Shown: one piece after another, positions 30,162 through 42,800 of the stretch | Numbering within the stretch: the stretch's first letter is position 1 | How the letters are laid out: the number at the start of each line of letters is the position of its first letter | IMG/VR virus record: IMGVR_UViG_2639762749_000010 | Coordinates: 17,974 to 81,973 of that record | DNA length: 64,000 bases | Strand: one strand, 5' to 3' | Origin: a virus | Taxonomy: Duplodnaviria > Caudoviricetes | The notes under the pieces: model-generated | Told to the model about the DNA's origin: nothing | The model's input: only the letters and a program-made list of their open reading frames with translations | Databases searched by the model: none | Translations under genes and position numbers: made by a program

Positions 30162-30575
30162 TTAGAATCCAAGAATATTTAATCGATTATTTAATTCACG
30201 AATACGGTCTGATTCAGTTCGGAACGGTGGACACAGATCGTTATTAGCTTGATCCAATACATACATGCCAAACCATGTAATGCTATAAATACCATGCCGG
30301 TGATAACAAACAACGCCCAGTTCCGCTAATCTGTGCATAATTTCACGGGAAACATCGTACCCTTCTCCATCATCCGACGTCGCTTTAAAACGCCGTAATG
30401 CCGCCAAATCCTCTGGTTGCAGGTAGTTGATACTCATTCTTTTAGCTCTTCTGATATGACGCTGTAAATGTTGGGTTATATTCTTGCACGACCCTGAATA
30501 CACCGAGAGATTTCCCCTCAGTAAATACCACGATATCAATCGGCCAGTAAGCTCCCCATCCCTCATGATTATCAT
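30162..30575 (-). CDS. Hypothetical phage protein (start probably ATG 30437)
   Basis: ORF following 30442..30822. Confidence 0.5.
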   Translation of the reverse strand: MIIMRDGELTGRLISWYLLRGNLSVYSGSCKNITQHLQRHIRRAKRMSINYLQPEDLAALRRFKATSDDGEGYDVSREIMHRLAELGVVCYHRHGIYSITWFGMYVLDQANNDLCPPFRTESDRIRELNNRLNILGF

Positions 30576-30822
30576 TATAATCTTTAGCGCACATCTCAGC
30601 TAGATGCTTAGGGGACAGGACATCCGGCTTATCATTTTTCAGAGCGTATCGATCTGTCAGGTCATCAAAATTATTTTTGCCTACTACTGCATATTCGATT
30701 GTCATTCTAACGTCCCAAATCACATACCCAAATGAGTTATTAAATATTTTTATCTCTCTTAATACAAATCGTTTCCCCTGTGACGGCTTAAACGAATTCG
30801 GGTTATTTACGGGTTCTTCCAC
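30442..30822 (-). CDS. Hypothetical phage protein
   Basis: AEMCAKDY...WP...F.V..EY.PTF.A pattern of small phage proteins. Confidence 0.55.
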   Translation of the reverse strand: MEEPVNNPNSFKPSQGKRFVLREIKIFNNSFGYVIWDVRMTIEYAVVGKNNFDDLTDRYALKNDKPDVLSPKHLAEMCAKDYNDNHEGWGAYWPIDIVVFTEGKSLGVFRVVQEYNPTFTASYQKS

Positions 30823-30836
30823 AGAACCCGATTTAT

Positions 30837-31379
30837 CTAATCCACCCTCGCCACTTGATTTTCATTCGCATATGAAAACCAATAATAAGCTCTATTATCA
30901 GGCACTTTTTCCTTTTTCATCAAAACGTTTGCATTATCTTTTGATATGACGTAATACTTAATATATTTTTTTTCCTTTTTTCTAACATCAAAATTTAATA
31001 CTAATGTTTTTTCGGAACCCGAAATATCAATATAATGCTCAAGATAAACAAGTTTGTTGTCTTTAACAAAGATGATTTTTGAAAATATATCTAAATCCCC
31101 ATCAATTTTTAAGTTGATGAAACTTTCAACAGCTTTACGTTCAAATCCATTATCTATTACATACATGTAATCCCACTCAAATGGTGTGATGCTTTTCATA
31201 TTGACAATACATTCATCATTAACATGACAATATTTATCAGTATAATCAAATATACCTTCAGCTATATTAACCTCCCTGCAACTGGACAAATAAAACACAG
31301 AGAAAAACATAATAAACAAAGTAACTAATTGACTTTTTCGCCCTAGCAAATAACCGTCTGGGTTAAAAACTATCATCAT
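30837..31379 (-). CDS. Lipoprotein, putative immunity protein
   Basis: Hydrophobic stretch plus lipobox LSSC; ITPFEWDYMYV; follows putative toxin. Confidence 0.65.
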   Translation of the reverse strand: MMIVFNPDGYLLGRKSQLVTLFIMFFSVFYLSSCREVNIAEGIFDYTDKYCHVNDECIVNMKSITPFEWDYMYVIDNGFERKAVESFINLKIDGDLDIFSKIIFVKDNKLVYLEHYIDISGSEKTLVLNFDVRKKEKKYIKYYVISKDNANVLMKKEKVPDNRAYYWFSYANENQVARVD

Positions 31380-31507
31380 CGCCTCTCTCTACGTTGCCCA
31401 TTCATATAAAAAAGTCGGCTTTTTGTCGGCGGTAGTATCGCGCTTAATTGCATATCCATGACAACCGAAAAAGCCGAGCTTAAATTTACATTATTTTTAA
31501 GTCGTTA

Positions 31508-33076
31508 TCATTGATAATCGACAATGGGTTCTTTTCGCTTCCCAGCTGCTAACTGTTCGGGTGAAAAACCTTCATTATCACCTCTATCAAATTGACTCTT
31601 CATATAAGAAAATTGTTCATCTGAAATTTTCTCTTTCACCACTGAAAATCCAGAGGCATTCTCTTTGGCAACGTAGAGACCTTCTTTATGAAAATGGTTT
31701 AATATTGCTTTAGCCTGCTCTTTCATTGACGTATTGGCGTTTGCCATTCCAATTTGGCGACCTGTTCGGTTATTCAGCATATCAATCGTTTCATCAGCAT
31801 CTGCGGACGTTTTGAAATGGCGAACACTCAAATCTAACGTGTCATATCGTTCATGTGCATCAGCCACACGAGAGGCTATTTCCTTACCGTATTTAGCGGT
31901 AATTGCAGATTGCCATAGTGTATGTCGAAAGGCATTAACCTGGCTACCCTCCCTGCGATCATTGTCCTGAAGTACTCCGTAAGGGTTTGTCTCACGCGAT
32001 CCCTGCGTTGAAAAACGCAGTGCGCTAGTTGTCATATTCGTACTGCCTTGAGAAATCCCCCCTATATTGAAGACCTTGTCTAGGTTACTAACGGCAAACA
32101 TGTATTGTTGTATGTCTCGCTGCAAATTAGTTTTCTTTCCCGAGAAAAAATCATATTGGTTTTTAACAAGATCTTTATGGTCGCTATTGCTAAAGTCACT
32201 TTTAAGAAAATCTGTAGTTAACTTACCAATATTTTTTACATATGTACTCATTTGACCAAATTTATCGAACTCTTTGACAAGTTCATCTAGTACGAAAATA
32301 TTTTTTAATGTTGGAGCCATATTGTTATATAATTCTTTAATGGCTGAATTAAAATCCCTTTTACCCCATTGGGTACTCCTTCCAGTACCTTCCACACTAC
32401 CCATATGGTGGTAAAAGTTATCATATTTTGATTTCCTGGATTCATTTCCATAAGCAAATATTTGTAATGTGGTTTGAGCATTAGATGATAAGCTCTTAAA
32501 TGAACCTATTCTGTTATCTAGTAAATATCTATCTTCAAAAAGCCCTTTTAGATTATCCATGGTTGAATAAAACCGCTTACCTTCAAGCATAGATAAATGG
32601 CTCATCACAACAGGCGCTGTAGAGTTAAACATATTTTTGATATTTAATAATGGTTGAGTAAAATGGTAATCACTCCTCATTAGCGCGAATGTCTCACCAT
32701 TAGGCTTATTACGATATTTGTCCAGTAGTCCCAATGCCTTATTTATTTCCTTTTCTATAAAAGGACACTGTTTTCTTGAACAAACTGGACATATTCCCTC
32801 CTTTCCATTAGCTTGCCAAAGTTTAGCCATATCATGAGCGCTAATTCCTCCACCTGGTGTGTAAAGGGCACCATCCGTTAGAGTTTCACGCGGCTTCGCA
32901 TAGGAACCATACCCAATACCAGGAAAAATGTTAGGAGTAGATGGCATAAAACTAGATTTCAATCTGTTTAAAACGTCTCTCCCGCTGATTGTCGCCGGGA
33001 TAATTTTAAGAATTCTCTTTCCATCCGCAGTATATGGAATACCATTTTCATAATATGCAATTAAATTATATGACAT
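31508..33076 (-). CDS. Putative polymorphic toxin (DUF6973-like C-terminal domain)
   Basis: NAFRHTLW...ADAHE...DMLNNRTGR motif; AT-rich. Confidence 0.6.
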   Translation of the reverse strand: MSYNLIAYYENGIPYTADGKRILKIIPATISGRDVLNRLKSSFMPSTPNIFPGIGYGSYAKPRETLTDGALYTPGGGISAHDMAKLWQANGKEGICPVCSRKQCPFIEKEINKALGLLDKYRNKPNGETFALMRSDYHFTQPLLNIKNMFNSTAPVVMSHLSMLEGKRFYSTMDNLKGLFEDRYLLDNRIGSFKSLSSNAQTTLQIFAYGNESRKSKYDNFYHHMGSVEGTGRSTQWGKRDFNSAIKELYNNMAPTLKNIFVLDELVKEFDKFGQMSTYVKNIGKLTTDFLKSDFSNSDHKDLVKNQYDFFSGKKTNLQRDIQQYMFAVSNLDKVFNIGGISQGSTNMTTSALRFSTQGSRETNPYGVLQDNDRREGSQVNAFRHTLWQSAITAKYGKEIASRVADAHERYDTLDLSVRHFKTSADADETIDMLNNRTGRQIGMANANTSMKEQAKAILNHFHKEGLYVAKENASGFSVVKEKISDEQFSYMKSQFDRGDNEGFSPEQLAAGKRKEPIVDYQ

Positions 33077-33249
33077 CTCTATATCCTTAACTTATTTATT
33101 TTCAAGATAAAATTAATCCCTTTATGAAAGGGGAAAAAAATTTACAGCAACTCTAATTTTAAAATCAATAAATAAAAATTATAAAAGCAAGTATGGAAAT
33201 TATTTTTTGATAAATTTATTATTAATTTTAAAATATAAGAATTTCTTTT

Positions 33250-33404
33250 GGCAGTTCGTATCGTCGCCGCACTGGGAAGTACACCTTAGTTCTGAGTTCT
33301 GGTTACATCTCCAGGGTGCTTATGACCGGCGTCAGCTAGAAGACCAAGGGATCGTTTTATATGGTGAACATGATGATACGTTGCAGGCTACTTCAAATCA
33401 TTAA
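33250..33404 (+). pseudogene. HigA antidote C-terminal remnant
   Basis: Fragments AVRIVAALGSTP and EFWLHLQGAYD in different frames. Confidence 0.5.
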
Positions 33405-33538
33405 TAAATACGGGCTGTTATAACCCGTTTTTAATTTTGAAACTCAATAGTCTCAATTTCGATTTTTGATACGGATATATGATATCTTAAGTTAATTAAT
33501 ACACACCAGCGCACTCGGAAACGAAAAGAGGTGTAGTT

Positions 33539-33880
33539 ATGGGGAAGGTACCTGGTTATTTCGTGGGTTATAGAAAGTTTGTCGTTGATCCAGACTGGCT
33601 TAGGGATATGAGAGAGAGGAATTGCCAGAAACGGCTTGAACGGTTCAAACAGTGGTCAAAGACGTGGATCACAGTAACGCGTCTCAAAGAGACAAGGCTT
33701 TGGACGGATTGGGCGATTAGGCAATGGCTAGGTCAACCGAAAAAACAAGGTAAATATAAAGTTTTTGCGGTCGCTGATGTCAAGGTAGCGGAGCGTAAAA
33801 AAGACTTTAAAGAATGGCATCAAAAAAGACTTGAAAAGAAGCAATCGACTGATAAATTTTTCGAACTTCCTAAATTATAA
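33539..33880 (+). CDS. Hypothetical basic protein
   Basis: GAGGTG RBS; 113-aa ORF. Confidence 0.6.
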   Translation: MGKVPGYFVGYRKFVVDPDWLRDMRERNCQKRLERFKQWSKTWITVTRLKETRLWTDWAIRQWLGQPKKQGKYKVFAVADVKVAERKKDFKEWHQKRLEKKQSTDKFFELPKL

Positions 33881-34196
33881 AAGAAATTTAGTCTGACGGA
33901 ATTTTCGGCGGTTCCGGCTTAGAACCACTGATACACATTGTTATAAATTTCAGATGAACTTATCGAGGAAATGGGCGCAAAACCCCAATTCCAGCACAGT
34001 GCCAAAGGTTAAGTGGTTGGGATGCGTCCATTATTCTCCTATTCTCCTATTTTCCTCTTTTCAACAAATCTGGCAGATTGGCACACTTGATATTAGAGAA
34101 TAAAATTCTAAACACTTTTTTATTTTTATGTGCTCGTTTCTGGTGTTGGTAACTGCGATGCACTTCCTTGATTAATGGCTGAACGCTCATCCCTGG

Positions 34197-34406
34197 TCAT
34201 ATCTCTTCACTCCATTGTTTTTCTGTCATTTTGCCCAAAAAACTCACACCAATAGTCGCTGAGTTAACGCGGATACCTAAACTCGTTTGCGCTTCCAGTA
34301 GCCTAAGATGTGTCATCCTTGGTGTCGCATGTTTTACGATCACCGATTGTGTCTCCAGTCCTGATTGACTGAATGAGACATTGAAGTAATAGAATTTCTT
34401 TGCCAT
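34197..34406 (-). CDS. Hypothetical protein
   Basis: 69-aa ORF. Confidence 0.5.
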   Translation of the reverse strand: MAKKFYYFNVSFSQSGLETQSVIVKHATPRMTHLRLLEAQTSLGIRVNSATIGVSFLGKMTEKQWSEEI

Positions 34407-34596
34407 TTTTAGAGTAAGATCCTAAAGTTACAATAGGACAAGAAGGTGGCCTTTCCCGAATATCTCATTTTTGTGGAGAATGCCAAGGCTGTTTGGCTAA
34501 AAACGGCGGTGAGACGCCATCAGCCCGTAAATCGATACGACGTCATGCAGGAGATCAGCGCCTGCCTCCACGCCATACTCAAAATACACCTTCCTG

Positions 34597-35181
34597 TTAT
34601 GCACGGTATACCGCCCAATTTTCAGCCAGCTGATCCTGAACCGAAGGATTCCAAGGAATGGAAATGCCATCAGGCGCTATAAATAAAAACTCAGCCCGTT
34701 CATTTCTTTTTCGCTTATCACAGTGCAATCTCACACGCCCACCCGCCCAATTCATACGATAGATACTGTAATCACGCTGGATCATGAGGCTCAACGCTGA
34801 AGGGTAATCCATCAATCGGATATCAGAGACATCAGCGCTGTTTGCAGCATCACTTTTCTCTGATTTAGCCTGTAATTTATCCGCAAAAATATTGTTGATG
34901 ATTAATTTTTGTTCCTCAGAGAGATAATGCGCATAATCAGACGTTGCCCTGTGGATCATCTTCCACAAATTTTTTATCCCACCTACAGCGTAATGAAGGT
35001 CGGCTTTATTGCTATTTGCACGCTTATATAAACTGATAGCCGTTACCTTTTTCCCTTCATTTTCAATATATAACTCAAGAAGGCAGACCATATAGTAAGC
35101 CACTTTCCACTTAGTTGAATCGCGCTTGATGGAAGGTTTATCCAATAACCATATATAAAATAGTTCTTTATTGAATTTCAT
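34597..35181 (-). CDS. P1 Mat-like protein with DUF2829/Tad2-like C-terminal domain
   Basis: ALSLM...R.NW...PWNPSVQDQLAENW; position near lxc. Confidence 0.6.
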   Translation of the reverse strand: MKFNKELFYIWLLDKPSIKRDSTKWKVAYYMVCLLELYIENEGKKVTAISLYKRANSNKADLHYAVGGIKNLWKMIHRATSDYAHYLSEEQKLIINNIFADKLQAKSEKSDAANSADVSDIRLMDYPSALSLMIQRDYSIYRMNWAGGRVRLHCDKRKRNERAEFLFIAPDGISIPWNPSVQDQLAENWAVYRA

Positions 35182-35184
35182 CGG

Positions 35185-35778
35185 TTACTCCTTCCACAAA
35201 TGATCATTTTTATGGGCGGTAAATGATGCCCCAGATTCCAGGCACCAGTATTGCGTCACCGCCTCTATTGCCTCGTGCTCATCATAGACAACAACACAGT
35301 AAAATCCCCCCTCAGATAACGTATTCAACCATTGTTTTTGCACTTCAGACGGTTTATTGGCCCCATGTTTAAATTCAAGGCGCATACCGTGGTAATCCCC
35401 CTTAGCAGTATCTAACGAAACATCGGGATACCCTTTTCTTTGTCCTTCTGCTCTAAGGTGTTCGCCTGTTTTTTTGTGGCGTAGCCCGCCGTTAGGCGTC
35501 GAATGCAGGCATTTGTAAATGTCGGGAGCATTCACCTCGCAATAATAAAAAAAGCGAACCTGAGCGTAATGTTCATGATTGCCTTTCAGCAACTCAGGAT
35601 TCTTAGCTAACTTTTCCAAAGCGACAGCATGAGGGGAACGCGCTTTGTTATTGGGCTTGTCCCAACTTACAGGGGCGTTATTGGTGACGGACCTTTTACC
35701 CTTAGTGAGTTGCCCTTTCTTCTTCGTCCTTTCGCAGTAATCGCTATACCATTCTTCGGAAGCTCTCAGCATTCTCAC
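35185..35778 (-). CDS. VRR-NUC domain nuclease
   Basis: HSTPNGG...GYPDVSL...LEFK...SEVQKQWL. Confidence 0.88.
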   Translation of the reverse strand: MRMLRASEEWYSDYCERTKKKGQLTKGKRSVTNNAPVSWDKPNNKARSPHAVALEKLAKNPELLKGNHEHYAQVRFFYYCEVNAPDIYKCLHSTPNGGLRHKKTGEHLRAEGQRKGYPDVSLDTAKGDYHGMRLEFKHGANKPSEVQKQWLNTLSEGGFYCVVVYDEHEAIEAVTQYWCLESGASFTAHKNDHLWKE

Positions 35779-36138
35779 TCCAACAACATTATTTCAATTC
35801 TAATCAGTTTCTTACTTTTTAACGGTGAGGTGACATACCAGCCGAAAAGGACAGAAGTCGTGGATTTTATCGAGGGGATCACACTCCATGTTCTGCATAA
35901 TCAATCGCCAAACCAAAAAAAAACCGCAAATCAAGCGGTATTATTCAACAACTTAAAATTTCAAAGAGATTGTTTTACATGATAACAACCTATCGCTCAT
36001 GACCCGCCTGATGGCGGGTTTTTGAGTGGATTTAAAACCAACACTTCAAGGTAAATTCTAAATGCTTTTTTTCTAACTTTGAAGGTAAATTCTAAACATT
36101 TTTTTTTAAACTTCAATGAGAATATAGAAATATTTCAA

Positions 36139-36408
36139 TTAAATCATAGCGCTGAAATTTTCAGCATTCTTCTTTAAACGGTCGATATTGAAATCAATAA
36201 TCTCATCCCATTCGGACATCCAGCATTCCCTTACCTGTCCAACTCTAACCCCATTAGAAGGTCGAACGATCCAGCACCAATTATTATGATGTTCCTTATC
36301 CTTGAGTTCGAATACTTGACGGGCGGAATTAAACTTCAGCATATACCCTCGCTTCGCAGCAAGGTCCGTCAGTTCCCCAAGTTTGTAGTACTTTTTAGTG
36401 CCGTTCAC
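36139..36408 (-). CDS. lxc: C1 corepressor Lxc-like
   Basis: KKYY...VRECWMSEWDEIIDFN resembles recalled P1 Lxc; darB-ulx-lxc order. Confidence 0.65.
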   Translation of the reverse strand: MNGTKKYYKLGELTDLAAKRGYMLKFNSARQVFELKDKEHHNNWCWIVRPSNGVRVGQVRECWMSEWDEIIDFNIDRLKKNAENFSAMI

Positions 36409-36884
36409 AATGCCCCCCTCAGTTGGATACGCGTTTCCATCTCTTCATCGTTGCTGAACCACAGATAAGGTTCAGTGTCATCAGACGCATCATGAATGTC
36501 AAAGGTATGGTCAGCGGAATAAACCAAGCCATTCTCAAATCGCTCATTTGAATAAAGGTGCGCGGCCACCACGATCAACGCCGGACGGCTCATGGTGTAA
36601 ATAGCGGCAACATCCGCATCAACAAGGACACCAAAAGCCCTCTCTCCTTGCTCAACAATCAGTGATTTCACGCTCGGCCACCATGCACCAAAAGAACGGT
36701 ACAATCTCGGCTCGGTTTTCAGTCGGGTAATCAGATTCGTGATGTAGAATTCCACATACGCTTTTTCTGGCTTTGTTCCGATAGCTTCAGCGAGTATAGA
36801 CTCCAAGTGAGCTTCTGGAGGCTGAATAGTGTCAATTAATGTCGTCATCGATTTAAATGCGCCCCAAACAGGGCGCAACTCCAA
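36405..36884 (-). CDS. ulx: Ulx antirestriction accessory protein (start probably ATG 36848)
   Basis: PRLYRSFGAWWP...RPALIVVAAHLYSNERFENG matches recalled P1 Ulx. Confidence 0.8.
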   Translation of the reverse strand: MELRPVWGAFKSMTTLIDTIQPPEAHLESILAEAIGTKPEKAYVEFYITNLITRLKTEPRLYRSFGAWWPSVKSLIVEQGERAFGVLVDADVAAIYTMSRPALIVVAAHLYSNERFENGLVYSADHTFDIHDASDDTEPYLWFSNDEEMETRIQLRGAL

Positions 36885-36890
36885 GATTAA

Positions 36891-39800
36891 TTATTCATGT
36901 CTTTGAATAACAGCTAAAATTTTATCCAGCGGATGTTCTTTCGAGATAAGCCACCAGCTACCGGCCAACTCATCGCTCGGATTACGGCCATTATAATAGG
37001 TGGCGCTGAAATCCACTTTCAGTTCGTCTTTTGCCTCAAACAGCGCACCATCTTTGCCCCTGATATCGTTAAAGCAGTAACAGCCATCGGGTGCATAGTC
37101 ATAACGGTTAGCCCCTTTACCGCCACGAATAGCGGTGATGTTGGTTTTTACAATAATATTATTTTCCAACTGAGCGATCCGCATTTTTTGGGTTTCTTGT
37201 TCTATCTGGGCTTTTTCGGCGTTGGCTTTATCCACCTCCTCCTGAGAAATCAGGCCCGCTTTTAGCTTGATTTCATCCCAGCGTCCGACGCCATAACGTA
37301 ATTTCTTATAACCCTGATTAATCTCCGAAAACAATCCATCATGCCGCTGAACGTTCAAGAAATGCGATTCGGTAATGTCGTGTTCTTCAATAATGCCCAA
37401 AGCAACAGCATCGGCAAAAAGAGTAGCGAAATTCTTATCGTATCCAGCTGTATTTTCAAAATAATTGTCTTGGAAAGACCGGAAATTCGAAGTTGGGAAT
37501 GCCTGCACTCGTTCGACAACCGAAGCCAGACTGGAGTTCAGGGACGATTTAAACACCCGATATTCTTTATGGGCTGCCGCTTTACCCTGCTTGGCGACGG
37601 CATCGTTGAGACGAGCCACAATCACCTGACATTGTTCAGCAAACTCCCTGTCAAAATCAACCGTATTCCGGTACTGGCTGGGGACAGAAAACGTCCGATA
37701 ACCAAAAGCATTCTTAATAAAATGACTGGCATCATACTGTCCGGTTTCCAAAAAATGCCGTAATTGTGCCGACCCAGAGCCAGACATATTCTCTGACTCA
37801 CTGCCGTAGTTGCTTAACTTATCCGATATGTATTCAGCAACCAGTTCAGTAATCAATGACGGGCTGGCCGTTTCACCGTAGCTGTCGATGGCCGTTCTAT
37901 AATCCGTGCCAAACAAGGCGATTAGGAATCCAATAGACGAAGCACGATAGGAACTCCCTCGGTAATGCTCTGCCACTTTCGATTTCAGTACCTCATCGTT
38001 GGCGTCGGGATAAACAATATTATCCGCATTCTCTCTCAACCAGTTTGAAAGCATTCCATTCAATTTATGGGTGTCAAAGCTCCCCTCTGTTCTGTAAAAC
38101 ACATCATAATCTTTCAATACCAGATCGCCAGATTTGAGGTAAGCATAAAATTGCTGTCGGTTAAGACGTGAGGCGACATCGCTAATACTAACCCCGCCAA
38201 ACATCCACGTTTTCAGCACCAGCTCACTGTCAGAAAAGTCAGCTTCCGCCTCTAAAGACGTAACAAGCGTAGCCGCCGCATTTCTGAGTTGACCATTCTT
38301 ATCATCACACCACAATTGATCGACCGTGGCGATACCGGTATCAATATTGATGGCCTTCACCCTGACCAAAAACTGGTCGAAGTAATAAGACCCCTCACGA
38401 TAGGGCATCCGACAGTAATAAACCCGACCCGTACGCAACAATCGCTTATCTTTGTCCACATAATACTCGGCGGCGTGCTCTAAAATATCCGGTTCCACAT
38501 CCAGATAACCGGCGTCAATCGCGTGTTTAATCTCCGGGCGTAAGCGTTTGATTAAGTTTTCAGACTGACGCATACGCACCAGCAAACGCTCCTGTTTGGT
38601 GATCGCATCCGTATACTTTGCAATCTGTTCCCGCAACATTTTTTGCGCGTCTGGCGACTTCGCGTGTCCGTCTTCCAGACGGGCTTTGTTATCGTCAATT
38701 TTTGCCTGATAATCCTTGATGGTATCTTCCACTGACTGCGAATCGCCCTTACTGGCGTGTTTCGCCTTCAGATAATTAGTCAGGTCAATTTCCGCCCGCT
38801 GTTTGGCTTTGGCCTTTGCCAATGTTTCCGCTTTTTCGATCTGCTCACGGCGCACCCGTTCACGCTCTTCCGGATCGGCGGCTAACAGTAAACGCATTTC
38901 CTCCGCATTATTGGCATCGGCATTCGCCATAATTGCCTCATCCGACGTCAGAATATCTTTGATCCAGTTGGCTTTGCGTTTCAGCGTGTCAAGGCGAAAC
39001 TCATCAAATGACCCTTGCCCACAATAATAATACGCCTTAACGCTGGCACTACTGGAACCCACGCGCGCCCCGCGTCCGTTGCGCTGATTCAGTGAGGCCG
39101 GTGTCCAGGGCAATGTTAAGTGGTGCATTGCGGTGGTGCCGATATGCAGGTTAATTCCCACTTCTGCCTTCTTATTACAAATGATGATCGGCGTTCGGCC
39201 TTCATTGTAATCGGCGGCGATCTTTTCTAACCCGCCCAGTGACACGTCGTTCTGCGCGGCCACATACTCATCAAAAGCGGCTTTCTGCTCATAATATTTA
39301 TTCAGCTGGTCGGGTGTCGCGTCTTCTTTCGGCTCTGCCGGGCGTTTGACTTTCTTCAGCTTCTTCGTATTGGATTTGGCTGCCTGCGCTACCGTCGTGG
39401 CGTTCAGAATACCGATGTCCTCCCGTTTCATGCCCAACGCCTGGGCGATAATGCGGCGCAATTTTTCATGCTGGGTTTTTTCATCCGAAAAGATGATTTG
39501 CTTACCGCCCCCTACCATACTTTTTTTCAGGTTGGCAATTAATTTGGAGTATTTTGGCGGAATGGGATGTGTAATATCATCTTCGCTCAACCCAAACATA
39601 CCCAAACGTTGAATGACTTCCTTTTCATAGAGTTCAGAGACGACCAGAGCAACAAATTTCCCCTCTTCCCGCACAAGCGCCTCTGCGCTGGCGGTGACCG
39701 TTTCGTCATCGTCATCATCCGTATCCGTGACACTGAGGGGCAAATCATCCCGTAATGCGTTCACGGCGTTCAGATGCGATTTATCAAAACGGAAGGTGAT

Positions 39801-42800
39801 TGTGCGATTATACAAATCCGGATCGGTACACACCCGGTCCATATCCCGGATAATCGCAAAAATAGAATCTTCAGGCTTTTCTTCGTACCCGTCGTATCTC
39901 GCATCCCGTTCTTTTTCTTCTTTGCTTTTTGATAAGGCGTCCGCCCGCAGGCGCAGTTCTTCATAAACCGCCTGCTGATATGCCGTCATGGGCACCGATT
40001 CAGTCTGAGGCACCACATCGGGGATAGCGACTTCATTGGAAACGTCCTTTGCCTCTTTTAAGGTCGCCCAGCGATGAAACAGGCCGCGTAACCCGTCCAG
40101 ATTCTGGAACCCGACCAAGCCTAGTTTCGTTTCAATCTCACCCGATATCTTTTGCACCTGCACGGATTCGGTCATCCCGAACACCTTCACGAAGTCATCC
40201 GGCGTGTAGATCCCCATGCGTTGCCATTCCGCCATCGGAATGACATGCGACAGCATATTGAACGCATCAATCGGGCTGTTAACCAACGGCGTCGCGGTCA
40301 GCATCACGGCCCCACGACCATTGTTATTTTTCATCAGATAGGCGTTTTTGACGGCCATATCACGGGCTGACTTTGCCATGGCCGATGTCGGCAAATAGGC
40401 CAGCATGGACGCCTCACGCCCGGCGGCATAACTGTTACGGTAGTTATGACCCTCATCAATAATCGCGTTATCAAAGCCCATATCTTCAAAATAAGGGAAA
40501 TCCTGCTGTTTCTGACTGCCGGTGTTACTGCCATCGGCCAGGATGCGGTTTTTCTTTTGCGCATCCTTGTGTTTTTGGCCGTCCAGATTGACGCGACCCG
40601 CTTCAGCTTGAGCAAACAGAAAATCATAGGCATTGTCCGTGATCGTCTCTTCCCGCAGCGGAATAGCCGCATACTGCTCTTTGGTCATGACCACCGCACG
40701 GTAGTTGGATTGCGGGATCAGGTTCATCCGCTCTTTAATCGTGGCGCTGCTGGCAATTTTAATCGCATTACGATACAGCGGTTCTCCCGTGTTCTTATCC
40801 AATTTCGGCTGGCCGTTCTCATCCAGTACCGGCACCTGACGATGATGGCCTTCATCATCAAGCACCTCATCCAGACCGACAAACAGAAAACTTTTCAGCG
40901 CCTCTTTGCTGTAGAACGACTGGGCTTCGTGATACCAGTTTTCCAATACCGCTTTCGGCACCACAATCGGGGTGCGTTTGCTGCGGCCATTTTCAAAATT
41001 GTAGGCTTCCAGGGCCATTCCGGTGGTGGTTTTCCCCAGTCCCGTGCCAAAGCCCAGTATGCCCCGGCCATCTTCGGAAAGTCGTCTGACTTCGGTATTC
41101 TGATAACCGAATGGGGTGCGTTTTCCAGAAATCCCACTGAGATTCAGGCTGGCGGCGGAATGCTCATACGGAATATACGCATTGAAGGCATCGTTATATT
41201 GCTGCACAAGACCGTCTATCTCATCATGCTGGCGGAGCCAGACGTTGAAATCCTCTTCTAAGCGTTTGATCCGTTCCAGATACACGGCCTCGTTCTGGCC
41301 GCGTGGCTTAATACCATTGAGGTAATTTTCAAGCTGATCGGCAAACCCGTCTTTGCCTCTGACGCGTTTATACTGAGGGATCGTCTGCCCCGTGTCCTTG
41401 TCTTTGGTCATGACGGTTTTGTGTCTGTAGCCGACAAAAACCCCATGCTTACCACGATAACTCAGATCAGAGACAAGCTGGCCTTCCTCTACCTCGACTT
41501 TCTCAATGTATTTCAGGGCGTCATAACCTTGCTCGTTTAAAAACTCCAGCATCAGACGGCGATCCATCCAACGCGAGTTCAGGGAGAAAGTGATGTTATC
41601 GACTTCCGTCCATTTACGTTTGTTCTTAATTTCCACCAGCTGGCGCAGATAGTTTTCTTTCACCGCCCCTTCACGGGTGTAAGGTAAAACGGCCAGAATC
41701 TGGCTGTTCATTAAACCAATATCGCCGCTGGTGGCTCTGTCCATCGGCAACACGTTACCGTCAGCGGAAATGGCAACGCCTTCTTTGTCGGCGAGCCATG
41801 CCAGCAACGCTTCATCATCAGCCGGTAATTCTCCGGTATAATGGGCGCGAAATGCCGCCAGCGTAACCGGGTCTAAATCGATTTGACTGAAGAGGTGGCG
41901 AATGACCGCTTCCGGATCGGTGCTGTCGTGAGCGTCCTGCACACCAATATCTAACGTGCCTTGTATCAGATCCGACAACTGCCCGTCTTGGGTCACACTC
42001 GCCTTGAACTTTAACCAGTCCGCCGCCCCGCTGCCGGACACATTGACACGCCGTCCATGATGGGGGTTCGCGCCCCGCGCCACCTCTTGGGTAATCAGCT
42101 GTTCGACCTCAGCGCGCCGCGTTTCCAGCTTTTCGCCCGCCGCACCGGAGGCCATCAGATCCTGCATCACCGCGATACGTTTGCCAATGACGGAGCCGCG
42201 ATAGGCTTTTTCACGTACCGACGGCGGTTGCATCCGGGCAAACGTGATGATTGAACGGTATTCGGCGGGGAGTGTTTCGGGATAATTACTTGCAATGGCA
42301 GAAATCTGCTCAAAAGTGAGACTCAATAACCCTTCAGACGTAGATAAGCGCTCCGATAGCTCTTCATACGTTGTGACGCCGTAACGCGTTGGATCGAGTT
42401 TCGTGGCCTTTGCCCCGGCATCATACACCAGGCGGCCGGATTCCATCTGATACCAGCGACCATTGATAAACCGCTTTTCGCCCTCTGCCATCGGTGCAAC
42501 ATCCGGTTCTATCAGGTTGAGCGCGGCCCAATCAATGCGGGATTCAAACTTATGCGCAAGGTTACGCTTCATCTCACCCGCTGTTATCTGATCATTCTTC
42601 ACCACCAGCCGTTTAAATTTGCCTGCACCTTCTATGCTGGACTCACCGTGCTGAAATTTTCGGCCTTCCCGCTCAAACCATTTCCCGGCAAGGTACGTCT
42701 CCCACAGCACATTCGCGGATTTCAACGCGGGTTCATCGGCCATCAGGATTTTTTCGGCCAGATCGACCGGATGCTTTCTGAGTACCCAGATATCCACGGC

